From Hydrogenophilaceae bacterium (GTDB lineage Bacteria > Pseudomonadota > Gammaproteobacteria > Burkholderiales > Thiobacillaceae), in the NCBI GenBank assembly GCA_013389055.1, contig JACAEC010000152.1:13976-77975 (forward strand): 64,000 bases of DNA, read 5' to 3'. A program made the position numbers and the translations under genes. The first letter of the stretch is position 1, and each line of letters begins with the position of its first letter. The notes under the pieces were generated by a model, which saw only the letters and a list, made by a program, of their open reading frames with translations, searched no databases and had not been told where the DNA came from. Below are positions 9,853 to 20,349 of this stretch, piece by piece.

Positions 9853-10595
9853 CAGCGCTCCGCCACCATGACGAAGAAGGTGCCGCGATGCGCCGGCGCC
9901 CGGAAGGCGTCGATCAACTTGAGCAGGGGCCGCTTGAACCAGAAGCCGCGCTGGCGATTGAACAGGTATTTGACCAAGGGAATTTGGCCCAGCACGGGAA
10001 TATCGTGCCGGGTCGTCCAGAACTGCGGCGATTTGAAACCGGTCGCCATCAACTCGCGGCGCATGGTCAGCGGGTCGATGGGATATTCGTTGGGCGTGAG
10101 CTTGCCGCGCAGGTCGGCCACGCCCCATTCGATCAGCTCGAGAAAATCCAGACGGTTGGGCTCGATGGCGATGAACTTGCCGCCCGGCTTCAGCACCCGG
10201 TGCGCCTCGGCATAGACCTGGTCGAGCAGGGGGATGTGATGCAGTACCCCGCCTAAGAACACGGCGTCGATACTGGCATCGGGCAGGTCCAGATGCTCGG
10301 CATCGCCGACGCGAAAGTCGATCCGCTCGGCGTAATCACGCCAGAGCTCCTTGGCCTGCGCCACCAGTTCCGGCGCGATCTCGATGCCTAGCACCCGCGC
10401 CCCGCGGGCGGCGAACAGCGCCGCGGAAACACCTGAGGCGCTGCCGATGTCGGCCACGGTCAGACCGCTCATGTCGGCACCCCAAACCGCATCGATCAGG
10501 GCCTCGTACTCTTCGTTGTCGAAGGCCGCGTAGACCCGCTGCTTGGCCACCTTGTCCCAGAATGCGGTCTCGGCAAACTTGTCCTGCTGACTCAT
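9852..10595 (-). CDS. Class I SAM-dependent methyltransferase
   Basis: VADIGSASG, GDAEHLDLPDASID, VLHHIP, RVLKPGG. Confidence 0.85.
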   Translation of the reverse strand: MSQQDKFAETAFWDKVAKQRVYAAFDNEEYEALIDAVWGADMSGLTVADIGSASGVSAALFAARGARVLGIEIAPELVAQAKELWRDYAERIDFRVGDAEHLDLPDASIDAVFLGGVLHHIPLLDQVYAEAHRVLKPGGKFIAIEPNRLDFLELIEWGVADLRGKLTPNEYPIDPLTMRRELMATGFKSPQFWTTRHDIPVLGQIPLVKYLFNRQRGFWFKRPLLKLIDAFRAPAHRGTFFVMVAER

Positions 10596-11608
10596 CCCCT
10601 CTCCTTCATCTCCATCATAACGGCCACTAGCCGGGCCGCCCCACCGCCGTCGATCAGGCCGCGCCCGCGCGCCGCCATGGCCGCCCTCGCGGCATCGTCG
10701 TGCAACACGTCCAGGGCCAGGCTGGTCGCCTTGGCAATTCCATCCTCGGCCAGCGTCGTCACCCTCGCCGCGCCCGCCGCCGCCAGATACTCGGCCCCCG
10801 GCTTCTGGTTATCGGCCAGGACGAGGACGACTGGAGCGGCGCCCAGGCTGGCCGCCTCCACCGGCGTGACGCCCCCCCCGGATACTACAACAGCGGCCCG
10901 GCGCATCAGCGGCGGCAGTTCCACCGGACCGCAATGCAGGGCGAAGCGATCCGGGTAAGCCTCAGCCAAGGCCTGTGCCTGGCGGAAGCCCGCCTCCGGG
11001 GCGCTGGACACCACATCGGCGACGAAGTCCCGGCCGTCAGCCAGCAAAGCCTGCATCAGGCCGAGCATCCGGTTGTCCGGGTCGTCGCCGCCCAGGGTCA
11101 GCAGCAGCCGCCCAGGCTCCGGCTCATGGCGCGCCTCGCGCCAGGCCCGGCGCAACAGGAACCAGTCCAGGCCCAGCAGGGCCCGGCCGCAACGGCGATA
11201 GGCCGAACCATAGCGCTGCTCGGCCCCCGGATTCTGGTTGAGCACGAGACTCACCGCCGGGTCGCGCTGGCCGAGGTCGTCCAGGCAGAGCGTGTGCTGC
11301 GCGGCGGCCGCCGCATCCAGCCAGGCCGTATCGAAGCCGTAGCCGTCCACCACCAGCCAATCGGCCTGTGCCGCCCTGGCCGTTGCCTGGGTCGTGGCGA
11401 GGTCCGCCCCGCTGCCGATCGCCCGCGGCTCGACCTGAACCACCGCGCCCAGTTTTTCCCACTCGACATGCAAGGCCGACGCCCGCGCCGCAGAAAGATG
11501 AACCGCCCCGCCCCGCTCGCGCACCGCCTCGGCCAGGGCCAGGCAGCGCATCAGGTGGCCGGCGCCGATGCCTGGGCCGTCGTCGGCACGGAACAAGACC
11601 TTAAGCAT
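10592..11608 (-). CDS. pseG: UDP-2,4-diacetamido-2,4,6-trideoxy-beta-L-altropyranose hydrolase (PseG-like)
   Basis: FRADDGPGIGAGHLMRCLALA, VVDGYGF, TLGGDD, LADNQ, IDGGGA motifs; start adjusted to ATG 11608. Confidence 0.85.
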   Translation of the reverse strand: MLKVLFRADDGPGIGAGHLMRCLALAEAVRERGGAVHLSAARASALHVEWEKLGAVVQVEPRAIGSGADLATTQATARAAQADWLVVDGYGFDTAWLDAAAAAQHTLCLDDLGQRDPAVSLVLNQNPGAEQRYGSAYRRCGRALLGLDWFLLRRAWREARHEPEPGRLLLTLGGDDPDNRMLGLMQALLADGRDFVADVVSSAPEAGFRQAQALAEAYPDRFALHCGPVELPPLMRRAAVVVSGGGVTPVEAASLGAAPVVLVLADNQKPGAEYLAAAGAARVTTLAEDGIAKATSLALDVLHDDAARAAMAARGRGLIDGGGAARLVAVMMEMKERG

Positions 11609-12322
11609 CCAGCCACTCGGGATGCCGCTCGGCCAGGAATTCGGCAAAGGCGAATTCGAGTTCGGTGTCGATGTCCAGGCTGCGCTCGACCGGCATCTCG
11701 TAGGCCCCCAAGGGATAGGCGTAGTAGTTGCGTTCCTTGCGGAAGCGGGCGACGTCGACAACGGTCACTGCGCCGTTGCAGCGGACCAGGTCGGGTGCCG
11801 CCGCCGTCGCCCGCGCGCCGGTGCGGTTGAGCCATTCCGGATGCAGCGGCAGCAGCCGCTCATTCTCGCGCACCAGGCTGGCCAGGGGCGAATGCACCTC
11901 GCGCACCACGCTCATGAGGAAATCGACTTCCAGCCGCAGATAGGTCTCCATCGCGCCGGTGATATCGGCGGCCTGGCGGAAAGGGCTGGTGGGCAGCAGG
12001 ATGACCAGGGTATCGAAGGCCTCGCCGCGTCGCTCCCATTCGTCCAGCGCATGCAGGGCCACCTCGACCACGCCGGCCGGGTCGCGGGCCAACTCGGCAG
12101 GCCGCATGAAGGGCATCTCCACCCCGGCCTGCCGGGCGATGGCCGCCACCTTCTCGCTTTCAGTACTGACGCTGATGCGTTGGAACAGGCCGGCCTTGCG
12201 GGCCGCGCGGATGGTGCGCTCGAGCAGGGTCATGCCGGCCAGGGGCAGGATGTTCTTCGCCGGCAGCCGGCGCGAGCCTTCCTTGGCGGGAATCAGTGCC
12301 AGAATGCGCCCGGGTCGCGTGT

Positions 12323-12326
<4 letters not shown>
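11601..12326 (-). CDS. Acylneuraminate cytidylyltransferase (NeuA/PseF family)
   Basis: LIPAKEGSRRLPAKNI, PFMRPAELA, LPTSPFR, SLDIDT. Confidence 0.9.
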
Positions 12327-14856
<2,530 letters not shown>

Positions 14857-14876
<20 letters not shown>

Positions 14877-15255
14877 GCTCGATCAGCCTTTTTTCATAAG
14901 CAATCAGCTGGTTCGCCAGCCGTAGAGCAGGATAATACTTCTGTTGCAGGATCAGCTGCGCGATTTCATTCAGCAATTCTGCTGTGTCCGGGGAAGCAGC
15001 GGCGATCTGCCTCGCCAATACCGCAAAACGCTCTTGGTATCCAGCGGCGTTCTCGCCGTCCATGTACATCAACTGAATCAGGAAGTAGGCGAGCTTGCAG
15101 GGTGTATCAGCAGCCGCCTCGGTCAGGATATCCTTTTCGCGCAAGATGGCCGCATCGTTCAGGACCATGAAGCTGGTCCGGGTGCTGCCATTCTCGATCA
15201 CGGCTCCCGCCAGGAATATCTTCTCGTGTGGCTTCAATATGATCTTAAGCGGCAC
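14857..15255 (-). CDS. flbT: Flagellar biosynthesis repressor FlbT
   Basis: PLKIILKPHEKIFLAGAVIENG, ILREKDIL, ADTPCKLAYFLIQLMY, YYPALR...LIAYE. Confidence 0.9.
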
Positions 15256-15279
15256 GGTTCAATCCTACCCAAGAAATCC

Positions 15280-15340
15280 AAGAAGAACTGAAGGAGCGAA
15301 CTCCATCAGAGCCAGCGAGGCGGGCCGGCTGGCCCGCCTC
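15280..15340 (-). terminator. Tandem stem-loops after the sigma54 flagellin; the second is terminator-like
   Basis: Perfect 10-bp stem GAGGCGGGCC/GGCCCGCCTC (15317-15340), then on the minus strand CTGATGGAG-TTCG-CTCCTTCAG followed by TTCTTCTT. Confidence 0.6.
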
Positions 15341-15346
15341 CTGTCC

Positions 15347-16342
15347 TTAGCCGAACAGCCTCAGGATGGATTGAGCCGACTGAGAGGCCAGACTCAAGGA
15401 GGTGACGCCCAGGGACTGCCGCGTCTGCAGCAAGAGCATATTCGCACCCTCTTCGTTGGTATCGGCCACCGTCAGCTTGGTCGCACCCTCGGTCAAGGTA
15501 TTGACCGTATCCGTGATATAGACTTGGCGGGTGGTCAGGATGCTCAGGTTGGCGGCCAAGGTAGTCGATTCCTTCTGCAACCTGGCCAGAGCGACGTTCA
15601 GGGAACTCTCCATTCGCTCGAAGCGAAGATCGCCATAGGTCCCGGTCATGCTGGGATTGCTGAACGCGATCAACGAACCCGCACCGCTCGCACTGATACC
15701 ACCCGTGCTGTTGACATAAGCGACGGCAAAGCCACTGTAGTAGAGGGTGTTAGCGATCTGCCCTGCAGTTCTTCCACTAATACCAAAGTTAGCACCATTC
15801 AGATCGGCACCACTGGTGATCAAACCCAGGCCGCTGAGGGTGCCGGCAAAGCCGCTGAACTTGAGGAAGGTCGTGGCGTTTTCATTGAAGTTGATCTTCA
15901 TCGCGACACCACTGGCCATCAGGCTGATACCGTTATAGGTGGAATCGCGCCGCAGGTTGTCGATCTGCTTGTAGATGTTGGCCATGCCGCTGGCGATACC
16001 GCGCATCAGCGCCGCCGAACCGACCTGGGTCCGTGCCGTCCGTGCCGTCGCGATTTGCGCCCGCAGGTTCTCGATCAGGGTCGTGATGCTCTTGACGGTG
16101 TTATCCGTTGCCTTGATCGTCTGGATGGCCTGACCGATGTTGTCCTTGAGGCCATTCAGCAAGTCGGCACGCTGGTTGTTCGCCCGCGCGATGAAGTAGT
16201 TGGCCGGGCTGTCCAGGGCGGTGTTCACCCGATTACCCGTCGACAATCGCTGCTGGGTGCGCCCCATCAACTCCGTCGTCTGCTGCAAGCTCACCAGATT
16301 CGACCGCATCGCCGCGGTCAAGGCAATATCACCGATACCCAT
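15347..16342 (-). CDS. Flagellin (sigma54-dependent copy)
   Basis: RLSTGNRVNTALDSP N-terminal and ADTNEEGANMLLLQTRQSL...QSILRLF C-terminal flagellin motifs. Confidence 0.95.
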   Translation of the reverse strand: MGIGDIALTAAMRSNLVSLQQTTELMGRTQQRLSTGNRVNTALDSPANYFIARANNQRADLLNGLKDNIGQAIQTIKATDNTVKSITTLIENLRAQIATARTARTQVGSAALMRGIASGMANIYKQIDNLRRDSTYNGISLMASGVAMKINFNENATTFLKFSGFAGTLSGLGLITSGADLNGANFGISGRTAGQIANTLYYSGFAVAYVNSTGGISASGAGSLIAFSNPSMTGTYGDLRFERMESSLNVALARLQKESTTLAANLSILTTRQVYITDTVNTLTEGATKLTVADTNEEGANMLLLQTRQSLGVTSLSLASQSAQSILRLFG

Positions 16343-16431
16343 CTTGGACTCCTTTCACAAGATCCAGCCTTACCAGTTCTTGGCTCAACGCGCCCTTCCG
16401 GGGCACGACCCAATGATTGCGACCGGGTAAA

Positions 16432-16447
16432 AGCAAGCAGCGTGCCA
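16432..16447 (-). promoter_or_regulatory. Sigma54 (-24/-12) promoter of the flagellin at 15347-16342
   Basis: Minus strand TGGCACG-CTGC-TTGCT matches the consensus TGGCACG-N4-TTGCW, about 90 bp upstream of the ATG. Confidence 0.85.
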
Positions 16448-16661
16448 GATGGATTTTTTGCCCCTGTGACTGGCCCGATGGAGCAGTCTTAGTCGGAGGA
16501 CATCAAGCGAAGGTGAATCGCCCATATCGGTCGAATGGCCAATGAATTCGCGGGTGAATCGAGTCGTGACCGAGTGCGCAGTGAGGTTGCAATCAGGAGC
16601 TGGCCAGAAACAGGCCGCACGAGCTAAGGCGGACCGGCACTAAAGCATTTGAAGGGAGAGA

Positions 16662-16699
16662 CAGGCAATTTCTGATGGTTTGCCGGCAATTATTGCCGG
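16662..16699. promoter_or_regulatory. Tandem enhancer-like palindromes (FlbD/ftr-like upstream activator sites)
   Basis: CCGGCAA-TTA-TTGCCGG (16683-16699, perfect dyad) and degenerate CAGGCAA-TTT-CTGATGG (16662-16678), 21 bp apart, about 215-250 bp upstream of the sigma54 site. Confidence 0.6.
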
Positions 16700-16797
16700 T
16701 ATACCGGGTCTGCCCGGATACCCGGTTCCGATTTGGCGTGAAAAACAGTCAGACAGCAACCTAGCCCGCCACCGTCTAGGACAAAAACGATGGCGAG

Positions 16798-17292
16798 TTA
16801 AGCCGCCTTTAGCGCATGTTCAAGCGACTGCACAGCCGACCTGACCTCCTGGTCGCTGGCTTTTGCTGGATCAAGGGCTGGCACTTGAGCTGCGGCCTTG
16901 GCCGTCTGCTCGACACTTTGACCCAAGGGGGTCGTCAGCGCCTCGATCTCTTTCCTCAGACCGCTGAACAGCTGCAAATATTCCACGCGCCGGCGATCCT
17001 CGACCCGATAGGGTGGATATTGCTTCACGATCGCGGTCAGGGCGTCTTTCATCTTGTTCAGCCGCTGGCCGATCGCGCCTTGCAAATCGGCGGCAGCCGA
17101 TTCCTGCTGCAGGCGATCGCGCGCCTCCTGGCTGATGGTCACTTGGGCGGAGGCAACAGACTGCCCCCCAGCAACCGCTTCGGACGCGGGCTGCTCCTGG
17201 CGTGACGGGTTGAACTGCCCGGCAGAAGCCGAGCCGACATATGATTGGTAACTGCTATCTACGACATTCACGTGGGAGTTAGCCATAGCCAT
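16798..17292 (-). CDS. Hypothetical flagellin-associated protein
   Basis: 164-aa ORF between the flagellins with an AGGAG RBS; low-complexity N-terminus, VTISQEA, KQYPPY...LRKEIEALT. Confidence 0.7.
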   Translation of the reverse strand: MAMANSHVNVVDSSYQSYVGSASAGQFNPSRQEQPASEAVAGGQSVASAQVTISQEARDRLQQESAAADLQGAIGQRLNKMKDALTAIVKQYPPYRVEDRRRVEYLQLFSGLRKEIEALTTPLGQSVEQTAKAAAQVPALDPAKASDQEVRSAVQSLEHALKAA

Positions 17293-17301
17293 CTCCTAGG
17301 C

Positions 17302-17336
17302 AAAATCGGGTGAAACCCATTGCTGGATTTCACCCG
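17302..17336 (-). terminator. Intrinsic terminator after the sigma28 flagellin
   Basis: Minus strand CGGGTGAAATCCA-GCAA-TGGGTTTCACCCG followed by ATTTT. Confidence 0.7.
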
Positions 17337-17364
17337 TCACGCATCAAAACTACCTATGCGTTGT

Positions 17365-18348
17365 TTAGAACAGCCTCAGGACCGACTGCGCTGCCTGAGA
17401 GGCCAAGCTCAAGGAGGTGACACCCAGAGACTGGCGGGTCTGCAAGAGCAGCATGTTCGCGCCTTCCTCGTTGGTATCAGCCGCGGTCAGCTTGTTGGCG
17501 CCCTCGACCAGGGTATTGACCTGATCCGTGATGAAGGTCTCACGAGTAGTCAAGATACTCAGGTTGGCAGACAGCGTGCCGGATTCCTTCTGCAAGCGGC
17601 TCAAGGCGATGTTCAAGGAGCTCTCCAAACGCTCCAAAGCCGTGTCGCCGAATGTACCCGTGAATTTTGCCGACGAGAAGGTAACCGCAGCCGTGCTAAT
17701 ACCACCAGCGGTATTGATGTAGGACACCTTATAGCCAGCTGCACTGTAGAAGCCCGAAGCAATCTGCGCCGCAGTCGTACCACTTACCGTCAGGTTACCG
17801 GTAGTCACACCCTGACCGCTGGTAATAAGGCCGAGGCCGCTCAGCGTACCAGCAAAACCGGAGAACTTGAGGCTGGTAGTGGCCTGCTCGTTGAAGTTGA
17901 TCTTCATCGCCACGCCACTGGTCAGCAAGGAGACACCGTTATAACTGGAGTCACGCCGCAAGTTGTCGATCTGCTTGTACAGGTTAGCCATACCGGAAGC
18001 GACACCGCGCATCAGAGCGGCAGAACCGGTCTGGGTGCGCGCCGTCCGGGCGCTACTGATCTGGGCCCGAAGGTTTTCGATCAGGGAGGTAATGCCCTTC
18101 ACGGCGTTGTCCGCAGCCTTGATGGTCTGTACCGCCTGACCGATGTTGTCCTTCAGACCATTGAGCAGGTCGGCACGCTGGTTGTTGGCTTTGGCGGTAA
18201 AGAAGCTACCCGGGTTGTCCAGGGCGCTGTTGACCCTCTTGAAGGTCGACAGGCGTTCCTGGGTACGCGCCATTAAGGTTGAGGTTTGTTGCAAACTTGC
18301 GAGGTTAGACCGCATCGAGGCGGTCAAAGAAATATCACCTACGCCCAT
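17365..18348 (-). CDS. Flagellin (sigma28-dependent copy)
   Basis: Same conserved termini as the other flagellin; divergent Ser/Thr/Gly-rich centre. Confidence 0.95.
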   Translation of the reverse strand: MGVGDISLTASMRSNLASLQQTSTLMARTQERLSTFKRVNSALDNPGSFFTAKANNQRADLLNGLKDNIGQAVQTIKAADNAVKGITSLIENLRAQISSARTARTQTGSAALMRGVASGMANLYKQIDNLRRDSSYNGVSLLTSGVAMKINFNEQATTSLKFSGFAGTLSGLGLITSGQGVTTGNLTVSGTTAAQIASGFYSAAGYKVSYINTAGGISTAAVTFSSAKFTGTFGDTALERLESSLNIALSRLQKESGTLSANLSILTTRETFITDQVNTLVEGANKLTAADTNEEGANMLLLQTRQSLGVTSLSLASQAAQSVLRLF

Positions 18349-18453
18349 GACAAGCTCCTTTTCTAAGGTTGATCAGGGGATTCTTCCCCTTCTGAATAAA
18401 TGAACCGCAAACAGCACCTCCCATACAGCCGGGTTTAGACACTGTCAGCTCAT

Positions 18454-18480
18454 TTATCGGAGCTGCCTAAGAAAACTTGA
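18454..18480 (-). promoter_or_regulatory. Sigma28 (FliA) promoter of the flagellin at 17365-18348
   Basis: Minus strand TCAA-N15-TCCGATAA versus consensus TAAA-N15-GCCGATAA. Confidence 0.8.
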
Positions 18481-18523
18481 GCGCCTTAATGAAAATATTT
18501 TTCTATTTATAAACAGCTAGTTA

Positions 18524-19309
18524 TCAAACCTGGCAAGCACCGCCTGCCACTGGTGGCACCTCATCACCGTAGTCCATGCAGGCCAGGCCCTTGAGCACGT
18601 TGCGCACCCGGCCCATGACCGCCGCCAGGTTGGCCTCGATCACCTCGGGCGAGATGCCGCCGGCGCTGTCGCCCCGGCCGGCCGCCCGGTTGGCCGAGAC
18701 GCCGATGGCGGCATAACAGAGGCCGATCTCCCGGGCCAGGGCGGCCTCGGGCATGCCGGTCATGCCGACCATGTGCGCGCCGTCGCGCTCCAGGCGGTCG
18801 ATCTCGGCCTTGGTCTCCAGACGCGGCCCTTGGACCGCGGCATAGGTGCCGCCGTCGATGAAGTCCTCGCCCAGGCGCTTTAATACGGAGAGGCAGCGCT
18901 CGCGCATGTCCTGGCAGTAGGGCCAAGTGAAATCGATATGGGTGACCGGCTGTTCGCCCGGCACCGAGAAGGTGGTTTCCCGGCCATGGGTGTAATCGAT
19001 GATCTGGTCCGGCACCACCAGGCGGCCGGGGCCCAGGTCGGGATGGATGCCGCCGACCGTCGCCACCGAGGCGACATGGGTGACCCCTTGGCAGTGCAAG
19101 GCCCAGATATTGGCCCGGTAATTCACCAGATGCGGCGGGATGGTGTGGCCGTAGCCATGGCGGGCCAGAAAGATGATTTTATGACCGTCGAGGTCGCCGA
19201 AGGTGAGTGCGCCGGAAGGCTCACCATAGGGGGTGCGGACCACCTGACGGTGGGTGATGTTGAGGCTGGGCAGCTTGGTCAGGCCCGTGCCGCCGATGAT
19301 GGCTAGCAT
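18524..19309 (-). CDS. mtaP: S-methyl-5'-thioinosine/5'-methylthioadenosine phosphorylase
   Basis: AIIGGTG, TPYGEPS, LARHG..HTIPPH, NYRANI, QGPRLET, VGMTGMPEA. Confidence 0.92.
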   Translation of the reverse strand: MLAIIGGTGLTKLPSLNITHRQVVRTPYGEPSGALTFGDLDGHKIIFLARHGYGHTIPPHLVNYRANIWALHCQGVTHVASVATVGGIHPDLGPGRLVVPDQIIDYTHGRETTFSVPGEQPVTHIDFTWPYCQDMRERCLSVLKRLGEDFIDGGTYAAVQGPRLETKAEIDRLERDGAHMVGMTGMPEAALAREIGLCYAAIGVSANRAAGRGDSAGGISPEVIEANLAAVMGRVRNVLKGLACMDYGDEVPPVAGGACQV

Positions 19310-19310
19310 A

Positions 19311-19358
19311 TGAGTACCGAGTTGTAAGTAACGAGTACCGAGTAAGGGTACTGAGTTG
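19311..19358 (+). repeat. Degenerate 7-bp tandem array (CGAGTAC-like), inverted relative to the array at 19764-19805
   Basis: tgagtac cgagttg taagtaa cgagtac cgagtaa gggtac tgagttg. Confidence 0.75.
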
Positions 19359-19375
19359 ATCGTCAGGTTGAAGAC

Positions 19376-19753
19376 TCAGTTGCCGGTTTTTCTCCGGCTG
19401 ACAGATGTCTTCAGCCCACCAAGCACTCGCGCGGTTTCTTCCGCTAGGAGCATTAATTCGGTAAATCGAACTTGTTCAATATGCCCTACATCGAGCGCTA
19501 CATAAAGATGCGAGCGCACTTCTGCGCATGAACCACGGGCGATCGTTAGAAACCGATGGAATTCGGCATCAGTTCCGCGCTCGAAGCCTTCCGCAATATT
19601 AGCCATGATCGATACCGCCACACGCTGCAACTGATCTTTCAAACCATAGTCGCGGCCAAGGCTATCACCCGAGACCAGGGCATATATTTCCCGTGTCAGC
19701 ACTCGCGCTTTCTGCCAGGCAATCAAATCCTCAAATCGTTTGACAGTACCCAT
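19376..19753 (-). CDS. Four helix bundle protein (23S rRNA intervening sequence protein family)
   Basis: FEDLIAWQKA, YGLKDQLQRVAVSIMANIAEGFER, FLTIARGSCAEV; visibly more AT-rich than its neighbours. Confidence 0.92.
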   Translation of the reverse strand: MGTVKRFEDLIAWQKARVLTREIYALVSGDSLGRDYGLKDQLQRVAVSIMANIAEGFERGTDAEFHRFLTIARGSCAEVRSHLYVALDVGHIEQVRFTELMLLAEETARVLGGLKTSVSRRKTGN

Positions 19754-19763
19754 TCCCTCCCCC

Positions 19764-19805
19764 CTCGGTACTCGGTACTCGGTACTCGGTACTCGGTACT
19801 CGCTA
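19764..19805 (+). repeat. 7-bp tandem repeat (CTCGGTA)x5 plus one variant CTCGCTA
   Basis: Read directly; the variant unit contains the hpt stop codon. Confidence 0.95.
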
Positions 19806-20345
19806 CTCTTTCATCGCATAAATCGCCGGCAGGTTGCGCCACATGCCGTGGACATCCATGCCCATGCCGAACACGAAACGATTGGGCAGGCGCAAGCCGA
19901 CATAATCCGGCATCACCGGTTTGTCGTGGTCCAGCGTCTTTTCGGTCAAGACCGCGATCTCCACCCGCGCCGCGCCCATCTCCAGGAGCTTGGCCTTGGT
20001 CGCGGCCAGGGTGTGGCCCTCGTCCAGGATGTCGTCGAGCACCAGGACCACACGGCCCGCGACCGGGGTGCGCGGCAGCACAGCCCACTCGATCTCGCCG
20101 CCGCGCAGGCCGCCGCGATAGCGGGTGGCGTGCAGATAGTCGAACTCCAAGGGAAAGCCGAGGCGCGGCAGCAATTCGCCGGCAAAGACCACGCCGCCGC
20201 CCATGATGCAGAGCACCAAGGGGAACTCGTCGGCCAAGGCGGCGGTGATCTGGCCGGCCAGACGGTCCAGGGTCAACTCGATATCGGTGCGGCCGTGCAG
20301 CAGCTCGGCATCAGCGATGAGGGACCAGGCCTCTCGTGTGTCCAC
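19803..20345 (-). CDS. hpt: Hypoxanthine-guanine phosphoribosyltransferase
   Basis: VLVLDDILDEGHTL PRPP motif, FVFGMGMD, WRNLPAIY; start adjusted to GTG 20345. Confidence 0.92.
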   Translation of the reverse strand: MDTREAWSLIADAELLHGRTDIELTLDRLAGQITAALADEFPLVLCIMGGGVVFAGELLPRLGFPLEFDYLHATRYRGGLRGGEIEWAVLPRTPVAGRVVLVLDDILDEGHTLAATKAKLLEMGAARVEIAVLTEKTLDHDKPVMPDYVGLRLPNRFVFGMGMDVHGMWRNLPAIYAMKE

Positions 20346-20349
20346 TGCC

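Noticed and set aside
19376-19753. Four-helix-bundle gene as the Avd of a diversity-generating retroelement
   Set aside because: No reverse transcriptase and no TR/VR pair seen in the window
19764-19805. Tandem repeat read as a CRISPR array or a coding phase-variation tract
   Set aside because: 7-bp units without spacers and no cas genes; it lies essentially outside coding sequence, so slippage would not shift a frame
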